NCBI GenBank assembly: GCA_029856105.1
Contig: JAHQWH010000009.1
Coordinates: 1-62,833 of the forward strand
DNA from: Promethearchaeia archaeon
GTDB taxonomy: Archaea > Asgardarchaeota > Lokiarchaeia > Sigyniarchaeales > SOKP01
DNA length: 62,833 nt
Reading direction: 5' to 3'
How positions within the stretch are numbered: position 1 is the stretch's first letter; every line of letters begins with the position of its first letter. Of the stretch, positions 1 to 10,752 are shown in pieces. A program made the translations under genes and the position numbers. Under the pieces are notes generated by a model, which ran no database searches, was not told where the DNA came from, and was given only the letters and a program-made list of their open reading frames with translations.

Positions 1-478
1 TTTGAAATATAGTATACTTTAATTCGTTCATTAAACGGACGTTTACGTTGGAAACTAAATCCAATTGCCTCATATTTACAGCTTTAGTTAATTTTTCAAA
101 AATAGTGTCTAATCTTTTTGCCATATCCTTAATTAAATCCTCAAACAATTCTATTTCGTCGTCTAATTCAAATATAGACATCGCAAGATATTGAGTTCCA
201 TCAGCTAACTGCTTAAAATACGACAAAACTTTATAAGGCGTTTCTTTTAAGCGGCCAGTATAGAAGTTACTGAATCCGTATTTAACGCCAAATATGCCCG
301 TTGTGTGTTGATAGAACGTAGCAAAGATATCGTTCTCAATGATTAGTTCTGAAAAGTCATCTTCTTTAAATTTATCGTTCTTAAACACTAATTGAATTGG
401 GCTAAATTCGGGATCTATCTCCCCTGTAGTTTCATTCTGATTCAATTTAAATTGAAATGTACAAATCGATTGTATCAA
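1..478 (-). CDS. Partial CDS running off the window start; hypothetical protein with possible longin-like N-terminus (MIQSICTFQFK...IFATFYQHTTG...YLAMSIFELDDEIELFEDLIKD)
   Basis: Not in the ORF track; manual translation from TTG at 478 gives 159 open codons to the window edge. Confidence 0.75.
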   Translation of the reverse strand, partial: MIQSICTFQFKLNQNETTGEIDPEFSPIQLVFKNDKFKEDDFSELIIENDIFATFYQHTTGIFGVKYGFSNFYTGRLKETPYKVLSYFKQLADGTQYLAMSIFELDDEIELFEDLIKDMAKRLDTIFEKLTKAVNMRQLDLVSNVNVRLMNELKYTIFQ

Positions 479-625
479 TTTGGGTTGCCTCTAATTTTTT
501 ATAAGTAATAATAATTAATAATTGTTAATTAATAATTATGTCTTAAGTAATTTATTAACTTAAATTTAATCAATTAAATTATTTAAAATTCGTTATTTTA
601 ACAAAAAAAGAGGGTAATTTGTAAA

Positions 626-2296
626 ATGATAATTGAATTTATTAAAAAAAAAAGAAATTTTATCGTTTATCTTGGATTGTTCCTTATTTCCATAAATTTA
701 ATCTTATTAAATCCATACTTGACTTTTTCTGCGAAAGCAAACTTAGAATCAGATGTAATAAATATTTCAGGCGAAGATATTTATCCAGATGTACCATGGC
801 TTAACAACTCAGGTTTTGATTTACCCGTATATCCATGGTTTTCTGAAATAGAAGGAGATGTTTCGGATGTTGGCACCACTTCTATCCAAGGTCAAGCAGA
901 TTTTGAGGTTTACGGAGATAAAAGAACATTCTCAAATGTTTCTGGTACACCTACATCCCAAGATTGGTTAAATGTTACAAATCCGAGTTTTCCGGCTTTG
1001 CCAGACTTTCACGAGATTGACGATAATGGTTGCGAAATCTCACATTCATGGGTAGATCCCACTGATGCCTTTCAATCGTTAAGTGTACACTGGGATAGAA
1101 ATATCACTCTTCCAGTTGACATGTCGGATTATAATATTACTTCCGTTTCAATAAATACCATTGTGAATGCATCTGTCACCCCTTTTGGAACTACCCCACT
1201 TTATAGAGGTGGTATAGATGTTGAAGGTGATACCGTTGATGGTGCTTCTCCAGACTTTACTAGAGAATATGATTACGCAAGATTTTATGTATTAATTTCC
1301 GATATAGAAAAAAATGATGTATTTGAAATTTCTTTTAACCAAACAACTAATTTGGGACAGGATTCTGGTCCAACTATCGCAAATTTAACTGACTTTTCCT
1401 TGTTTACAAGACCAGAAGAGAGTTTGATTTCCTACTTAACAACTGTTTTAAATAACGATCCAGAACATAAATCGTTTACGTTATCGTTAGGAATCAGAAT
1501 TTTTTGTACTGATAATGGCCAAGGCGATAACGACACATGGAATTCTTTGCGTATTAATTCGTGTAATTTAACTTTTACTTACGAAAAAATCATTGACCAA
1601 TTTACTAAAGCTTCGTGGAAACAAGAAGGTAATAAGATTAGTAAAAAGATTAGTGGTAGTAGTATTCAAATAACTAAGGCGAACTTGAATTTTAAATATA
1701 AAATTGATCCATTATGGCCAAGTTTATCATCTCCAAATTCCGAATTACGAGTCTTGATTAATAATAAGAAGCATACTGAAACAATTAAATTGAGTTCAGC
1801 AACCGATACATTTCAACTAGCAAAACCAGGAGGATACGACGTGAGTTCGTTAATATTGACAGATATCAATATTACTGTTTCGATCCAAGTATTTCTAGCG
1901 GATAGATTTGACTTAGATCATAATATTACCGTATCAATTACTGATGTTTATTTATACATTTCATACATTGAAACATATTCAGATTATATTCCTGAACCCT
2001 TGATTTATACTGCTTTACTAATAGCGGCAGTTATTGCAGCGTCTGCTATTGGTGGCTATCTGATCGCATACCAAAGAGTTTTGAAATATCCAAAACCAGT
2101 TAGAAAAATTAGAAAATATGGACGATCTTTGAGAAGTGCAAATACTCCCTCAACAGGTATTACAAGTCGGGAAAGCGCATTTGAAAAAACCTTCAAAAAA
2201 GAAGTTAATAAAGCGTCAAAATTTTTAAAGAGCGAATCAAAACAAAAGATTGGAGTATCTGAAAAGATAACTAAAATAAGTAAAAATGGAGGGTAA
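626..2296 (+). CDS. Membrane-anchored surface (glyco)protein, paralog 1 of 4
   Basis: N-terminal signal/TM, large acidic beta-rich domain with many N-x-S/T sequons, C-terminal TM then KYPKPVRKIRKY. Confidence 0.75.
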   Translation: MIIEFIKKKRNFIVYLGLFLISINLILLNPYLTFSAKANLESDVINISGEDIYPDVPWLNNSGFDLPVYPWFSEIEGDVSDVGTTSIQGQADFEVYGDKRTFSNVSGTPTSQDWLNVTNPSFPALPDFHEIDDNGCEISHSWVDPTDAFQSLSVHWDRNITLPVDMSDYNITSVSINTIVNASVTPFGTTPLYRGGIDVEGDTVDGASPDFTREYDYARFYVLISDIEKNDVFEISFNQTTNLGQDSGPTIANLTDFSLFTRPEESLISYLTTVLNNDPEHKSFTLSLGIRIFCTDNGQGDNDTWNSLRINSCNLTFTYEKIIDQFTKASWKQEGNKISKKISGSSIQITKANLNFKYKIDPLWPSLSSPNSELRVLINNKKHTETIKLSSATDTFQLAKPGGYDVSSLILTDINITVSIQVFLADRFDLDHNITVSITDVYLYISYIETYSDYIPEPLIYTALLIAAVIAASAIGGYLIAYQRVLKYPKPVRKIRKYGRSLRSANTPSTGITSRESAFEKTFKKEVNKASKFLKSESKQKIGVSEKITKISKNGG

Positions 2297-2305
2297 AAGT
2301 TAATT

Positions 2306-3928
2306 ATGGCGTTTAATTCTTTCAGAAAAAAGTTTTTATTAGTTACTCTGTGCTTTTCCATTGTTATATCTTTAAGTTGTTTTTTGCCTTCGCTTAGCAT
2401 TGCTGATTCCTCAACTGAAAACGACATTCAACTTTCATACGAAGATAAGATTACAAAATTATGGTTTGAAAATCCTTCTTTTGATATTCCAATTAACCCT
2501 TGGTACTCGCAAATTGAGGGGGATCACTCAGATGTTAATGCAACCAGTAATCTTGGACAAGCAAATTTCGATATTTTAGGGAATGAAAACGCTTTTCAAC
2601 TCATTGACGAGCCTCTTAATAACGATTCTTGGTTAATGCAGGAAAACCCCGATTTTCCCGATTTTCCTGATACCGTTGAATTTATTGATGGTCAAGGATT
2701 TCACGCTAGTCATTTATGGGACGAAAAAGCCGACCAAGCACCAAGTGTACATTTAGAAAGAAATGTTACTATGCCCGTTGATATGTCTGATTATATAATT
2801 ACGTCTGTATCATTAAGTACGGTTGTTAATGCAACTGTTAGCGCAAATAACGGAATATGGGGGGGAATAGAAGTTCCAGGTGATCCTGTTACAGATGCGG
2901 CAACATACGATTATGTAAGATTTTACGTGTTGTTTTCAGATTTAACAGGAAACAAGGTTTATGAGGTGGCATTTAATCAATCGACCGATTTAGGAAACGA
3001 CACTGCTGGAGCTACAGATGACATGTTTGACACCTTCTTACATAATATCCCACAAAATAAGTTGATTGAATATCTTACATCTGTTTTAAACACTGATAAC
3101 AGGAATTTTACGATTACTTTGGGCATTAGAATTTGGTGCGAAGACAATTTAGATTGGGATGAAGACCAATGGGACGACTTGTGGATTAAATCTTTTAATC
3201 TTACTTTTACATATGTAAAAAAAATCAATCGATTTACTTCTATATCTTGGAACCAAGAAGGGAGCGACATTAGTGGAAATAATACCCAAATTGTAAGCGC
3301 TCACCTTAATTTCAAATATAAAATTGACCAGAATTGGACCGAATCCTCGCCAAATTCTGAAATTAGAATTTTAGTTAATAATAACCCCTACTCTGAAGTT
3401 GTTAAACTTGCCGATTATAATTATAATTCAAACTTTCAAGAGGCAAAATCTGGCGGATATAACGTTACTTCTTTAATTTTAAAAGATACAAATATCACTT
3501 TGTCAATTCAATTGTTCTTAGCTGACGATTTTGGGCTAGATAGAGAGATTAAAGTTTCAATAACAGATGTTTACTTCTATATAACATATGTTATTTCTTA
3601 TATAGATCCAATAATAGACCCTTGGATAGCTAGTGGCTTATTTATAATCGTTACGATTGGAGCGGTAGTGCTAGGTGGTTACTTGATTGCTTATCAGAAA
3701 TATTTGAAATATCCTATTCCAGTTAGAAAAGTTAGAAAATATAGAAAGACTTTGACAAGCGAAAAAGAACCAGACACGCGTATTATTAATCGAAAATACG
3801 CGTTCAACAAGAGTTTTCAAGAAGAATTAAACAAAACTACTAGTTTTTTAAAAGGCGCTCCTCTAGACGGCAAAATTGTGCGAGATAAATTGCTTGGAAA
3901 ACAACAAGAAATTCCTATTCAAAAATGA
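2306..3928 (+). CDS. Membrane-anchored surface protein, paralog 2 of 4
   Basis: Shared motifs PSVHxxRN, DYxRFYVL, LGIRIWC, SPNSEIR, TM + KYPIPVRKVRKY. Confidence 0.75.
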   Translation: MAFNSFRKKFLLVTLCFSIVISLSCFLPSLSIADSSTENDIQLSYEDKITKLWFENPSFDIPINPWYSQIEGDHSDVNATSNLGQANFDILGNENAFQLIDEPLNNDSWLMQENPDFPDFPDTVEFIDGQGFHASHLWDEKADQAPSVHLERNVTMPVDMSDYIITSVSLSTVVNATVSANNGIWGGIEVPGDPVTDAATYDYVRFYVLFSDLTGNKVYEVAFNQSTDLGNDTAGATDDMFDTFLHNIPQNKLIEYLTSVLNTDNRNFTITLGIRIWCEDNLDWDEDQWDDLWIKSFNLTFTYVKKINRFTSISWNQEGSDISGNNTQIVSAHLNFKYKIDQNWTESSPNSEIRILVNNNPYSEVVKLADYNYNSNFQEAKSGGYNVTSLILKDTNITLSIQLFLADDFGLDREIKVSITDVYFYITYVISYIDPIIDPWIASGLFIIVTIGAVVLGGYLIAYQKYLKYPIPVRKVRKYRKTLTSEKEPDTRIINRKYAFNKSFQEELNKTTSFLKGAPLDGKIVRDKLLGKQQEIPIQK

Positions 3929-4099
3929 GAAATTGATAAATCATATTTTTAACTTCTTTTTTTTAACTTTTTTTAATGAAAGAAATAAATTAAAATATAA
4001 TGAAATTATAATTTAAAATTATTAAATATTATAAGTGTGGCTAGTTATATCCTAATATATCCTACAATTTTTAATTCATAAATTTTAATTATATAAAAT

Positions 4100-5758
4100 G
4101 TGAATCTAATGGTTATCAAGAAAAAATTCTATATTTATTTTGTTATTGTTCTCTTCATCGCGTCTTTAAATTTAGTTATATTGAATCAAAATCTAAATGT
4201 TGCTGAACAGCAAACAATGATTAAAACTTCAACCGTAATTCCTCATACAGATGAATGGCTTGTAAATACTGGATTTGAAGGGTCGACTGATCCTTGGTAT
4301 TATAGCATAGAAGGTGACTCTTCCGATGTTACTGCTACTTACAGCCCGGGTCAAGCTAATTTAGAGATCACTGGAGATCAAGGATACTTCTCGGAAATTT
4401 CGGGAACGCCAACTTCGGACCATTGGTTAAATGTTACAAACCCTGCTTTTCCCGCTTTGCCAGATTATCACGGAATTGACGAATTTGGATGTGAAGCAAA
4501 TCATACATGGATCGATCCTGATGATACAAACCAATCTCCAAGCGTTCATTGGCAACGAAATATTACTATGCCTGTAAATATGGCAGACTACATAATTACT
4601 TCTGCATCGATTTCAGCAGTGTTCAATGCATCAGTTACAACCTCACCAGGTGGAGCTGGTACACCAAATGACTTTTATGGAGTAGATACTCCTGCAGATA
4701 CGGTTGCTCAACCAGGAGATTACGATACTGCTAGATTTTACGTGTTAATATCTGATATAGAAGATAATGAGGTATATGAAGTAGCGTGGTATCAAACGGT
4801 AGATTTAGGGCAAGATAGTCCCGAAATTAGTAATATTACAGATAGTTTAATGAACACTGTAGTAGAAGAAGCGTTGATCTATTTTCTATCTTCTCTTTTT
4901 GCGCGTGATAATTATGACTTTAAAGTTACTCTTGGAATTAGAATCAAATGCGTCGATAATTTCAATTACGATCGAGACCGATGGAATTCTCTTAGAATTA
5001 AATCGTGTAATATTTCTTTTAGCTACTTAAAAAAGATTAATCAATTCACAAGTGTTTCTTGGAATCAAATTGGAAACAACATTACGGGTGAAAATTTACA
5101 AATTACTGAGGCTAATCTCAAATTTAAGTATAAAATAGACCAATCATGGCCTACTGATTTATCTCCAAACTCAGAAATACAAATTCTGTTAAACAATAAC
5201 TCCCACGAAGAAGCTCTTAAACTGAATCTAGCAGAAACTGACTTTCAAGAAGCGAAGCAAGGCGGTTTTAACGTTACTAAGTTGATTCTAAAAAATGTTA
5301 ACATTGGACTTTCTATTCAAGTATATCTAGCAGATGAATTTTTGTTAAATCGTTCAATTGTTATATCGATTGACGATGTATCTCTCGTAATTTCATACAT
5401 AGAAATTCGCTCAGATGTATTCGGTGAGCCAGAGATATTCCAGCTTCTAGCTGTAATTGCTGTAATTGCTGGAGGAATTGTGGCTACATATTTCGTGTTG
5501 TATCAAAGAATATTTAAATATCCATTACCTGTAAGAAAAGTGCGAAAATACAAAAAAACTCTAAGAACGGCTAATCCTCCAAAAAAACACATAACAAGTA
5601 GTAAAGATGCTTTTAATAAGTTGTATAAAAAGGAATTAACTAAATCAGCAAAATATACTAAAACTAAACCAATATCACAACCTGATATAATACATAAAAG
5701 TACTAATACGAAAAAATCAACTGATATTAAAAATACAGGAGGGGTAGAACAGAAATGA
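4100..5758 (+). CDS. Membrane-anchored surface protein, paralog 3 of 4
   Basis: Same architecture and motifs. Confidence 0.75.
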   Translation: MNLMVIKKKFYIYFVIVLFIASLNLVILNQNLNVAEQQTMIKTSTVIPHTDEWLVNTGFEGSTDPWYYSIEGDSSDVTATYSPGQANLEITGDQGYFSEISGTPTSDHWLNVTNPAFPALPDYHGIDEFGCEANHTWIDPDDTNQSPSVHWQRNITMPVNMADYIITSASISAVFNASVTTSPGGAGTPNDFYGVDTPADTVAQPGDYDTARFYVLISDIEDNEVYEVAWYQTVDLGQDSPEISNITDSLMNTVVEEALIYFLSSLFARDNYDFKVTLGIRIKCVDNFNYDRDRWNSLRIKSCNISFSYLKKINQFTSVSWNQIGNNITGENLQITEANLKFKYKIDQSWPTDLSPNSEIQILLNNNSHEEALKLNLAETDFQEAKQGGFNVTKLILKNVNIGLSIQVYLADEFLLNRSIVISIDDVSLVISYIEIRSDVFGEPEIFQLLAVIAVIAGGIVATYFVLYQRIFKYPLPVRKVRKYKKTLRTANPPKKHITSSKDAFNKLYKKELTKSAKYTKTKPISQPDIIHKSTNTKKSTDIKNTGGVEQK

Positions 5759-7395
5759 ATAAATCGCGAATAAACAAGAAATCATTATATTTAATAACGC
5801 TATTTTTAATTTCAGGTCTGATCTTCTTAAGTTCTTTAAATATTCAAAACCAGAATTTAAAGAAAAATATAGAGTATAATACGCTTAAACTTTCAACAAT
5901 AAATGAATATCAAGAACAATGGTTGAAAAATTCTAATTTTTCAATACCAGTTGATCCATGGGAAAGTCAAGTTCAAGGAGACGCTTCTGATATAACTTCC
6001 TTTTCTAGCTTAGGGCAAGCGAATTATGAAGTAATAGGGGGACAAGGAAGCTATTCAAATATATCTGGTACTCCTTTAAGTTCAGAATGGACGAGAGTTC
6101 ATAATCCTGAATTCCCCTTATACCCAGACACATCCACAATAAATTCTGAGGGTTGTTATGTTTCTCACACATTTGCAGAAGGAGCTGATCAATTTCCAAG
6201 CGTACATTGGGAGAGAAATGTTTCAATGCCGGTTGATATGGAAGACTACATAATAACTTCTGCATCTCTTTCAGCTGAAGTAAATGCTTCAGTTACAGCT
6301 TCCCCGGGAGATTGGGGTGGTGGTGGGATAGAAGCTCCAGGTGATGCTACAGGTTCTGGTAGTACTCAAAATTATACTTGGGATTATGTCCGGTTCTATG
6401 TATTATTATCAGATTTAACGAAAACTAAAGTCTATGAAGTTGCATATAATCAAACAATTGATCTTGGGACAGATTTAGCTGGTGCAACTGATACAATGCT
6501 TGATACATTTATGGCAACAGTATCGGAAGAAGACTTAATTTTTTATCTCACCTCCGTTTTATCAAGCGATTTTCAAAATTTTACAATAACTTTAGGAATG
6601 AGAATCTGGTGCGAAGATAATTTTGTAAGCGACCGAGATATATGGAACGCTTTACTCATAAAATCTTGCAATCTTACGTTTACTTACGAAAAAAAGATCG
6701 ATCGCTTTACAACAGCCTCTTGGTTCCAAATGGGGAACACTCTCAGTGGAGAAAATATCGAAATTACTGAGGCTAATCTAAAATTTCAATATAAAGTTGA
6801 CCAATTATGGCCAGTCGGTTCATCTCCAAATTCGGAAATACGCTTTTTTATAAATGATAATTCTTTGTTAGAAACTGTTAAGTTAAGCTCGGCAGGCACC
6901 ACTTTTCAAGAGGCAAAAGCAGGAGGTTTTGATGTAACAACATTGATTTTAAAAGAAGTTAATATCTCAGTTTCAATTCAAGTATTTATCGCAGACACTT
7001 TTGCGTTAGATCAAAACATCACTATTTCGATAACAGATGTGTATTTAGAGATTTCTTATACGGAGTTCATTCGTGACACTGAAGAGACGCCCTGGTTTTT
7101 TAGTGGAATATTTATAATTGCTCTCGTAGCGGCAGTAGCATTAACGGGATTTTTAATTGCTTACATCAAAGTATGGAGATTTCCGGTTCCTGTTCGAAAA
7201 ATCCGTAAATATAATAAGACCCTAGCAAAAGAGAAAGGTCCTGATTTGAAAATTGTAACGCGCAAGACTGCTTTTAATAAGAATTATCACGATGAACTAA
7301 AAAAAACAGACAAAATTCTAACAGGCACTCAGATGGATGGAAAAATATTGAAAGATAAATTGCTCGACAAAAAAGAAGGGGCATTACCAAAATAA
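5755..7395 (+). CDS. Membrane-anchored surface protein, paralog 4 of 4
   Basis: Same architecture; ATGA overlap with the previous gene. Confidence 0.75.
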   Translation: MNKSRINKKSLYLITLFLISGLIFLSSLNIQNQNLKKNIEYNTLKLSTINEYQEQWLKNSNFSIPVDPWESQVQGDASDITSFSSLGQANYEVIGGQGSYSNISGTPLSSEWTRVHNPEFPLYPDTSTINSEGCYVSHTFAEGADQFPSVHWERNVSMPVDMEDYIITSASLSAEVNASVTASPGDWGGGGIEAPGDATGSGSTQNYTWDYVRFYVLLSDLTKTKVYEVAYNQTIDLGTDLAGATDTMLDTFMATVSEEDLIFYLTSVLSSDFQNFTITLGMRIWCEDNFVSDRDIWNALLIKSCNLTFTYEKKIDRFTTASWFQMGNTLSGENIEITEANLKFQYKVDQLWPVGSSPNSEIRFFINDNSLLETVKLSSAGTTFQEAKAGGFDVTTLILKEVNISVSIQVFIADTFALDQNITISITDVYLEISYTEFIRDTEETPWFFSGIFIIALVAAVALTGFLIAYIKVWRFPVPVRKIRKYNKTLAKEKGPDLKIVTRKTAFNKNYHDELKKTDKILTGTQMDGKILKDKLLDKKEGALPK

Positions 7396-7516
7396 TAAAT
7401 TTCCTAATTTTTTATTTACAATTTTTTATTTTCACTTAATTTTGACAATGTAATTTTAATTTAAGCTACCATACCAAAGAAAATTGAAATATTATCATAA
7501 TTTAATGATTGTATAG

Positions 7517-8578
7517 ATGAGTTCTAATATTAAAATTTTTAAGTTAAATTATTCTGGAACCTTTAAGGAAATACCACCAGATAAAATTCTCCTTAGCTTT
7601 ACTCTATTTGATATTTTAACATTTTACGTGCCAAATCAGAGATTAATGTATATTTGGATTGGAAAAAAAGTGTCGCAAAGCTTGAAAAAACTTATCCCAC
7701 AAATACGAGGAGCTATTTCAAGTGAGTATCCCGAATTAAAGATTTTAAGAAACATTACGATCGAATCTGGATTAGAATCTGCGGAATTTTTAGATATTAT
7801 TGGGATTACAGAAGAGGTCCTGAAAGTTAGAATTAAAAAGCTAGAGACTAATTTGTTACCAATTCTCTCTGAAATAAACAGGTTAAAAGAAAAAGTAGAT
7901 AAATATTTCATTTCAGAAAAATACATTATGGCAATTGATGCTGCTCAGAAAATTGTTAACCTTGCCAAGGATATAGACGATGATTCTCTTGAACAAGATC
8001 AAATCAACTTTATCGCCGAGGCTCAATCGAGGGCGCAATCCAGCGAGATTCTCCACCAAATAGAACATGAAAGTAAGGAAGTAATTAAAAAATTTAACCA
8101 GTTTGTGGATGTAGAGAATTATCGAGAGGCACATAACTTAGCACAAGATTTCAAAAAAAAATACGAAAATGAATACGACATTTCTTCAATTCCCTTAGCC
8201 CAGCAATTAATATTAAAAGATGAAAACATGATATATAGTTTGAAAATCGATCAAACAAAGATAAAAAAGGAAATTGATGAATTCTACAATTCTTTTAAGA
8301 CTGGTCCCAATAAGGGTAATTTAAAGCAAGCAAAAGAATTTTTTGGAAAAATTAAAGCTGAGATTAAGAATTTATTTGATGATGATGTTTTAAATAGTTT
8401 GAAACAATTTGAAACCCAATATAATGAAGCAAAAAAAGAAACAGTTAGTGAAATAGCTCAAGTAAGTATGGAAGCCCTTAATAATTTGGAAAAAGGTGAA
8501 ATATCTAAAGCTATAGAAATCTTTGAAAAAATTATCACAAAATTAGAATTTAACAATAAAACTTTGACGGGTGCATAA
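7517..8578 (+). CDS. Single gelsolin-homology domain + helical/TPR-like C-terminal region
   Basis: MYIWIGKK...ITIESGLESAEFLDIIG matches the gelsolin repeat consensus (YxWxG...xEGxESxEF). Confidence 0.65.
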   Translation: MSSNIKIFKLNYSGTFKEIPPDKILLSFTLFDILTFYVPNQRLMYIWIGKKVSQSLKKLIPQIRGAISSEYPELKILRNITIESGLESAEFLDIIGITEEVLKVRIKKLETNLLPILSEINRLKEKVDKYFISEKYIMAIDAAQKIVNLAKDIDDDSLEQDQINFIAEAQSRAQSSEILHQIEHESKEVIKKFNQFVDVENYREAHNLAQDFKKKYENEYDISSIPLAQQLILKDENMIYSLKIDQTKIKKEIDEFYNSFKTGPNKGNLKQAKEFFGKIKAEIKNLFDDDVLNSLKQFETQYNEAKKETVSEIAQVSMEALNNLEKGEISKAIEIFEKIITKLEFNNKTLTGA

Positions 8579-8580
8579 TA

Positions 8581-9549
8581 TTGGATTTGAACTCAGACAA
8601 AGAGACTAATAATAAGAAAAAAATAGTAATTTTATCTAAAATTGATGAGTTGAAAGTAATAGCGAATAACCATTATCTAATGGGCAAGTTTGATGAAGCA
8701 ATAAAAATAGCAGAAGAAATAATGGATAAAGCTGAAGAGGCTAAATTATATTCTATTGTAAGAGAGGAAGGAGAGTTTATTGCTGACCTTTATAAAAAAG
8801 TTAAAGAAAATAATAAATTTATTGAAATTGAAAAACAACAAAATACTCTAAAAAAACAACTTGAGCCATTAGAAATCCAGTTTAATAGCTATATAAGTAC
8901 TAATAACATCACATTAGCAGAAGAAACATTAGAACAAGCAAAAACTCTTCTGAAAAAGCTTAAAGATACTGAAACGCTGAAAATGTGGGAAACTTCCAAG
9001 GCAATGTTTTTAGAATTAAAAAAAAAAATTGATATCAATAAAGACATTGAACAATCATTGACAGAAGTTTCAAAATTAATAGATAATTACGAATTTGATA
9101 AGGCAAAACAAATACTCAATTCTAAGATAGAATTTTTGCAAAAAGAAGATTTCTTAGATTATCAACAGAAATTAAAAATAAAAATGAAAAGTTTAATTGA
9201 TGCTGAGGATAAATATCTGAAATTAGAAGAAGATTTAAAAGATTTAGAAAGCGAAATTAAACAAAATGTTTCTCAAAATCAATTTGAGCAAGCAATAAAC
9301 AATATTAAGAAAATTGTTAAAATTTCAAGGTTTATTGGTAAAAATCATTACTTAAAAAAATACACTGAATATATTGATATCATTGAAAATAAGATAAGGG
9401 AAGTTTCCAAAATCGAAGAATTAAAAATTAGGGTTACCACTCTTAACGTCCAAGGTATCGAAGCCTTGAAATATGACGATTATTCTGGAGCTCTTGAAAT
9501 ATTTAAAAAAATATTGAACCAATTAAAAGCTGAGATTAATAAAAAATAG
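8581..9549 (+). CDS. Helical TPR/coiled-coil protein resembling the C-terminal part of the upstream gelsolin protein
   Basis: Repeated xxFDEAIKIAEEI / QFEQAINNIKKI / DYSGALEIFKKI helices. Confidence 0.6.
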   Translation: MDLNSDKETNNKKKIVILSKIDELKVIANNHYLMGKFDEAIKIAEEIMDKAEEAKLYSIVREEGEFIADLYKKVKENNKFIEIEKQQNTLKKQLEPLEIQFNSYISTNNITLAEETLEQAKTLLKKLKDTETLKMWETSKAMFLELKKKIDINKDIEQSLTEVSKLIDNYEFDKAKQILNSKIEFLQKEDFLDYQQKLKIKMKSLIDAEDKYLKLEEDLKDLESEIKQNVSQNQFEQAINNIKKIVKISRFIGKNHYLKKYTEYIDIIENKIREVSKIEELKIRVTTLNVQGIEALKYDDYSGALEIFKKILNQLKAEINKK

Positions 9550-9654
9550 TTTTTATTCTCTTCTTAATAACCAGTTTAATTAATATCAAATGGTTTATAA
9601 TTTTTTAACGAAGGTATTAAATAATATAAAATCAATTTAATTTTTGGATAAAAA

Positions 9655-10101
9655 TTGATACAAGAGATTATTATTCTTAATGACACGGGTGTTCCTATAT
9701 TTTGCCATAACTTTAGTGCTAGTTCAAACGAGGAAAATAATTATCAATTAATTGGTAGCTATTTCGACCAAATTTGCCGCTTTGCCAAATACGGGTTCAA
9801 GGAGAGTTTAACCACTTTAAAAATGAAAAGAAGCGTGTTTTATTTTAAAACGCATCCTAGAACTAATTTTCATCTGATTTTAAAATGTGATAGTAAAGTC
9901 GATAATAAAAAGCTTAAAAAAAAGTCAATTGACAATATTGCTGTTAAAATCTTTGATAATTTCTTTGTTAAATTTAAAAGCGAATTGATGGATTTCAACG
10001 GAAATATTACTCCTTTTAAACGTTTCTCTAAGGATATTAATGAGATGATAAAACCTAAAGGGCTCTTGAGAAATTTTGTAATAAGTCCTGGAATTTTTTA
10101 A
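9655..10101 (+). CDS. Longin/roadblock-like domain protein
   Basis: IIILNDTGVPIFCHNF, LIGSYFDQI, DFNGNITPFKRF pattern typical of Asgard longin-like domains. Confidence 0.65.
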   Translation: MIQEIIILNDTGVPIFCHNFSASSNEENNYQLIGSYFDQICRFAKYGFKESLTTLKMKRSVFYFKTHPRTNFHLILKCDSKVDNKKLKKKSIDNIAVKIFDNFFVKFKSELMDFNGNITPFKRFSKDINEMIKPKGLLRNFVISPGIF

Positions 10102-10649
10102 ATTTTAAAACAAGCTAATATCAAAGCATCCTGATATTGATTACCATTAATATTAAGATATTTTCTTAGTATTCCTTCCTCTTCAAAGTTAGAGTTTTTA
10201 AACATTTTAATGGACCTTTCATTTTTAACAGCGATATGTGCTTCGATCCTATTTAGATTTAAGTGGTTAAAAGCAATATTTTTAACTAATTTTATTACTC
10301 GTTTACCTAATCCTTTTTCCCAATATTCTGGAAGAATCCAAATTCCAACACCAGAACGATTATGAAACCAACTTATATTCCAGAGACTAGCTGAGCCAAT
10401 TTTACTATTACTTTTATTATCTCGTAATTCTATAACGTAATTAAATTGAAGATATTTATCCCATGATTTTAGATAATTTTTGATTAATCTTCTTGAATGC
10501 TCTAAAGATCTGAGCGGTCCTAACGATAAAAAATTAGTCATCTCTTTATTAGTAAGACTATTATAAAAAAAAGAAATGTCGTCTTTAGAAACCTTCCTAA
10601 GAAAAAGATTTCCTTCGTTAATTTCATCAATTAATTCGATACTTACCAT
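10098..10649 (-). CDS. GNAT N-acetyltransferase, RimJ/RimL family
   Basis: GIWILPEYWEKGLG, LNRIEA, NERSIK, EEEGILR. Confidence 0.9.
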   Translation of the reverse strand: MVSIELIDEINEGNLFLRKVSKDDISFFYNSLTNKEMTNFLSLGPLRSLEHSRRLIKNYLKSWDKYLQFNYVIELRDNKSNSKIGSASLWNISWFHNRSGVGIWILPEYWEKGLGKRVIKLVKNIAFNHLNLNRIEAHIAVKNERSIKMFKNSNFEEEGILRKYLNINGNQYQDALILACFKI

Positions 10650-10752
10650 TAGTTATTTTATAACTAAAATTGTTTAAAAAATTATAGATTGATATGAGTA
10701 ATATTTGTAAAAAAAAAAGTAAAAAGATTTGGATATAATTTTTGATAATTGA

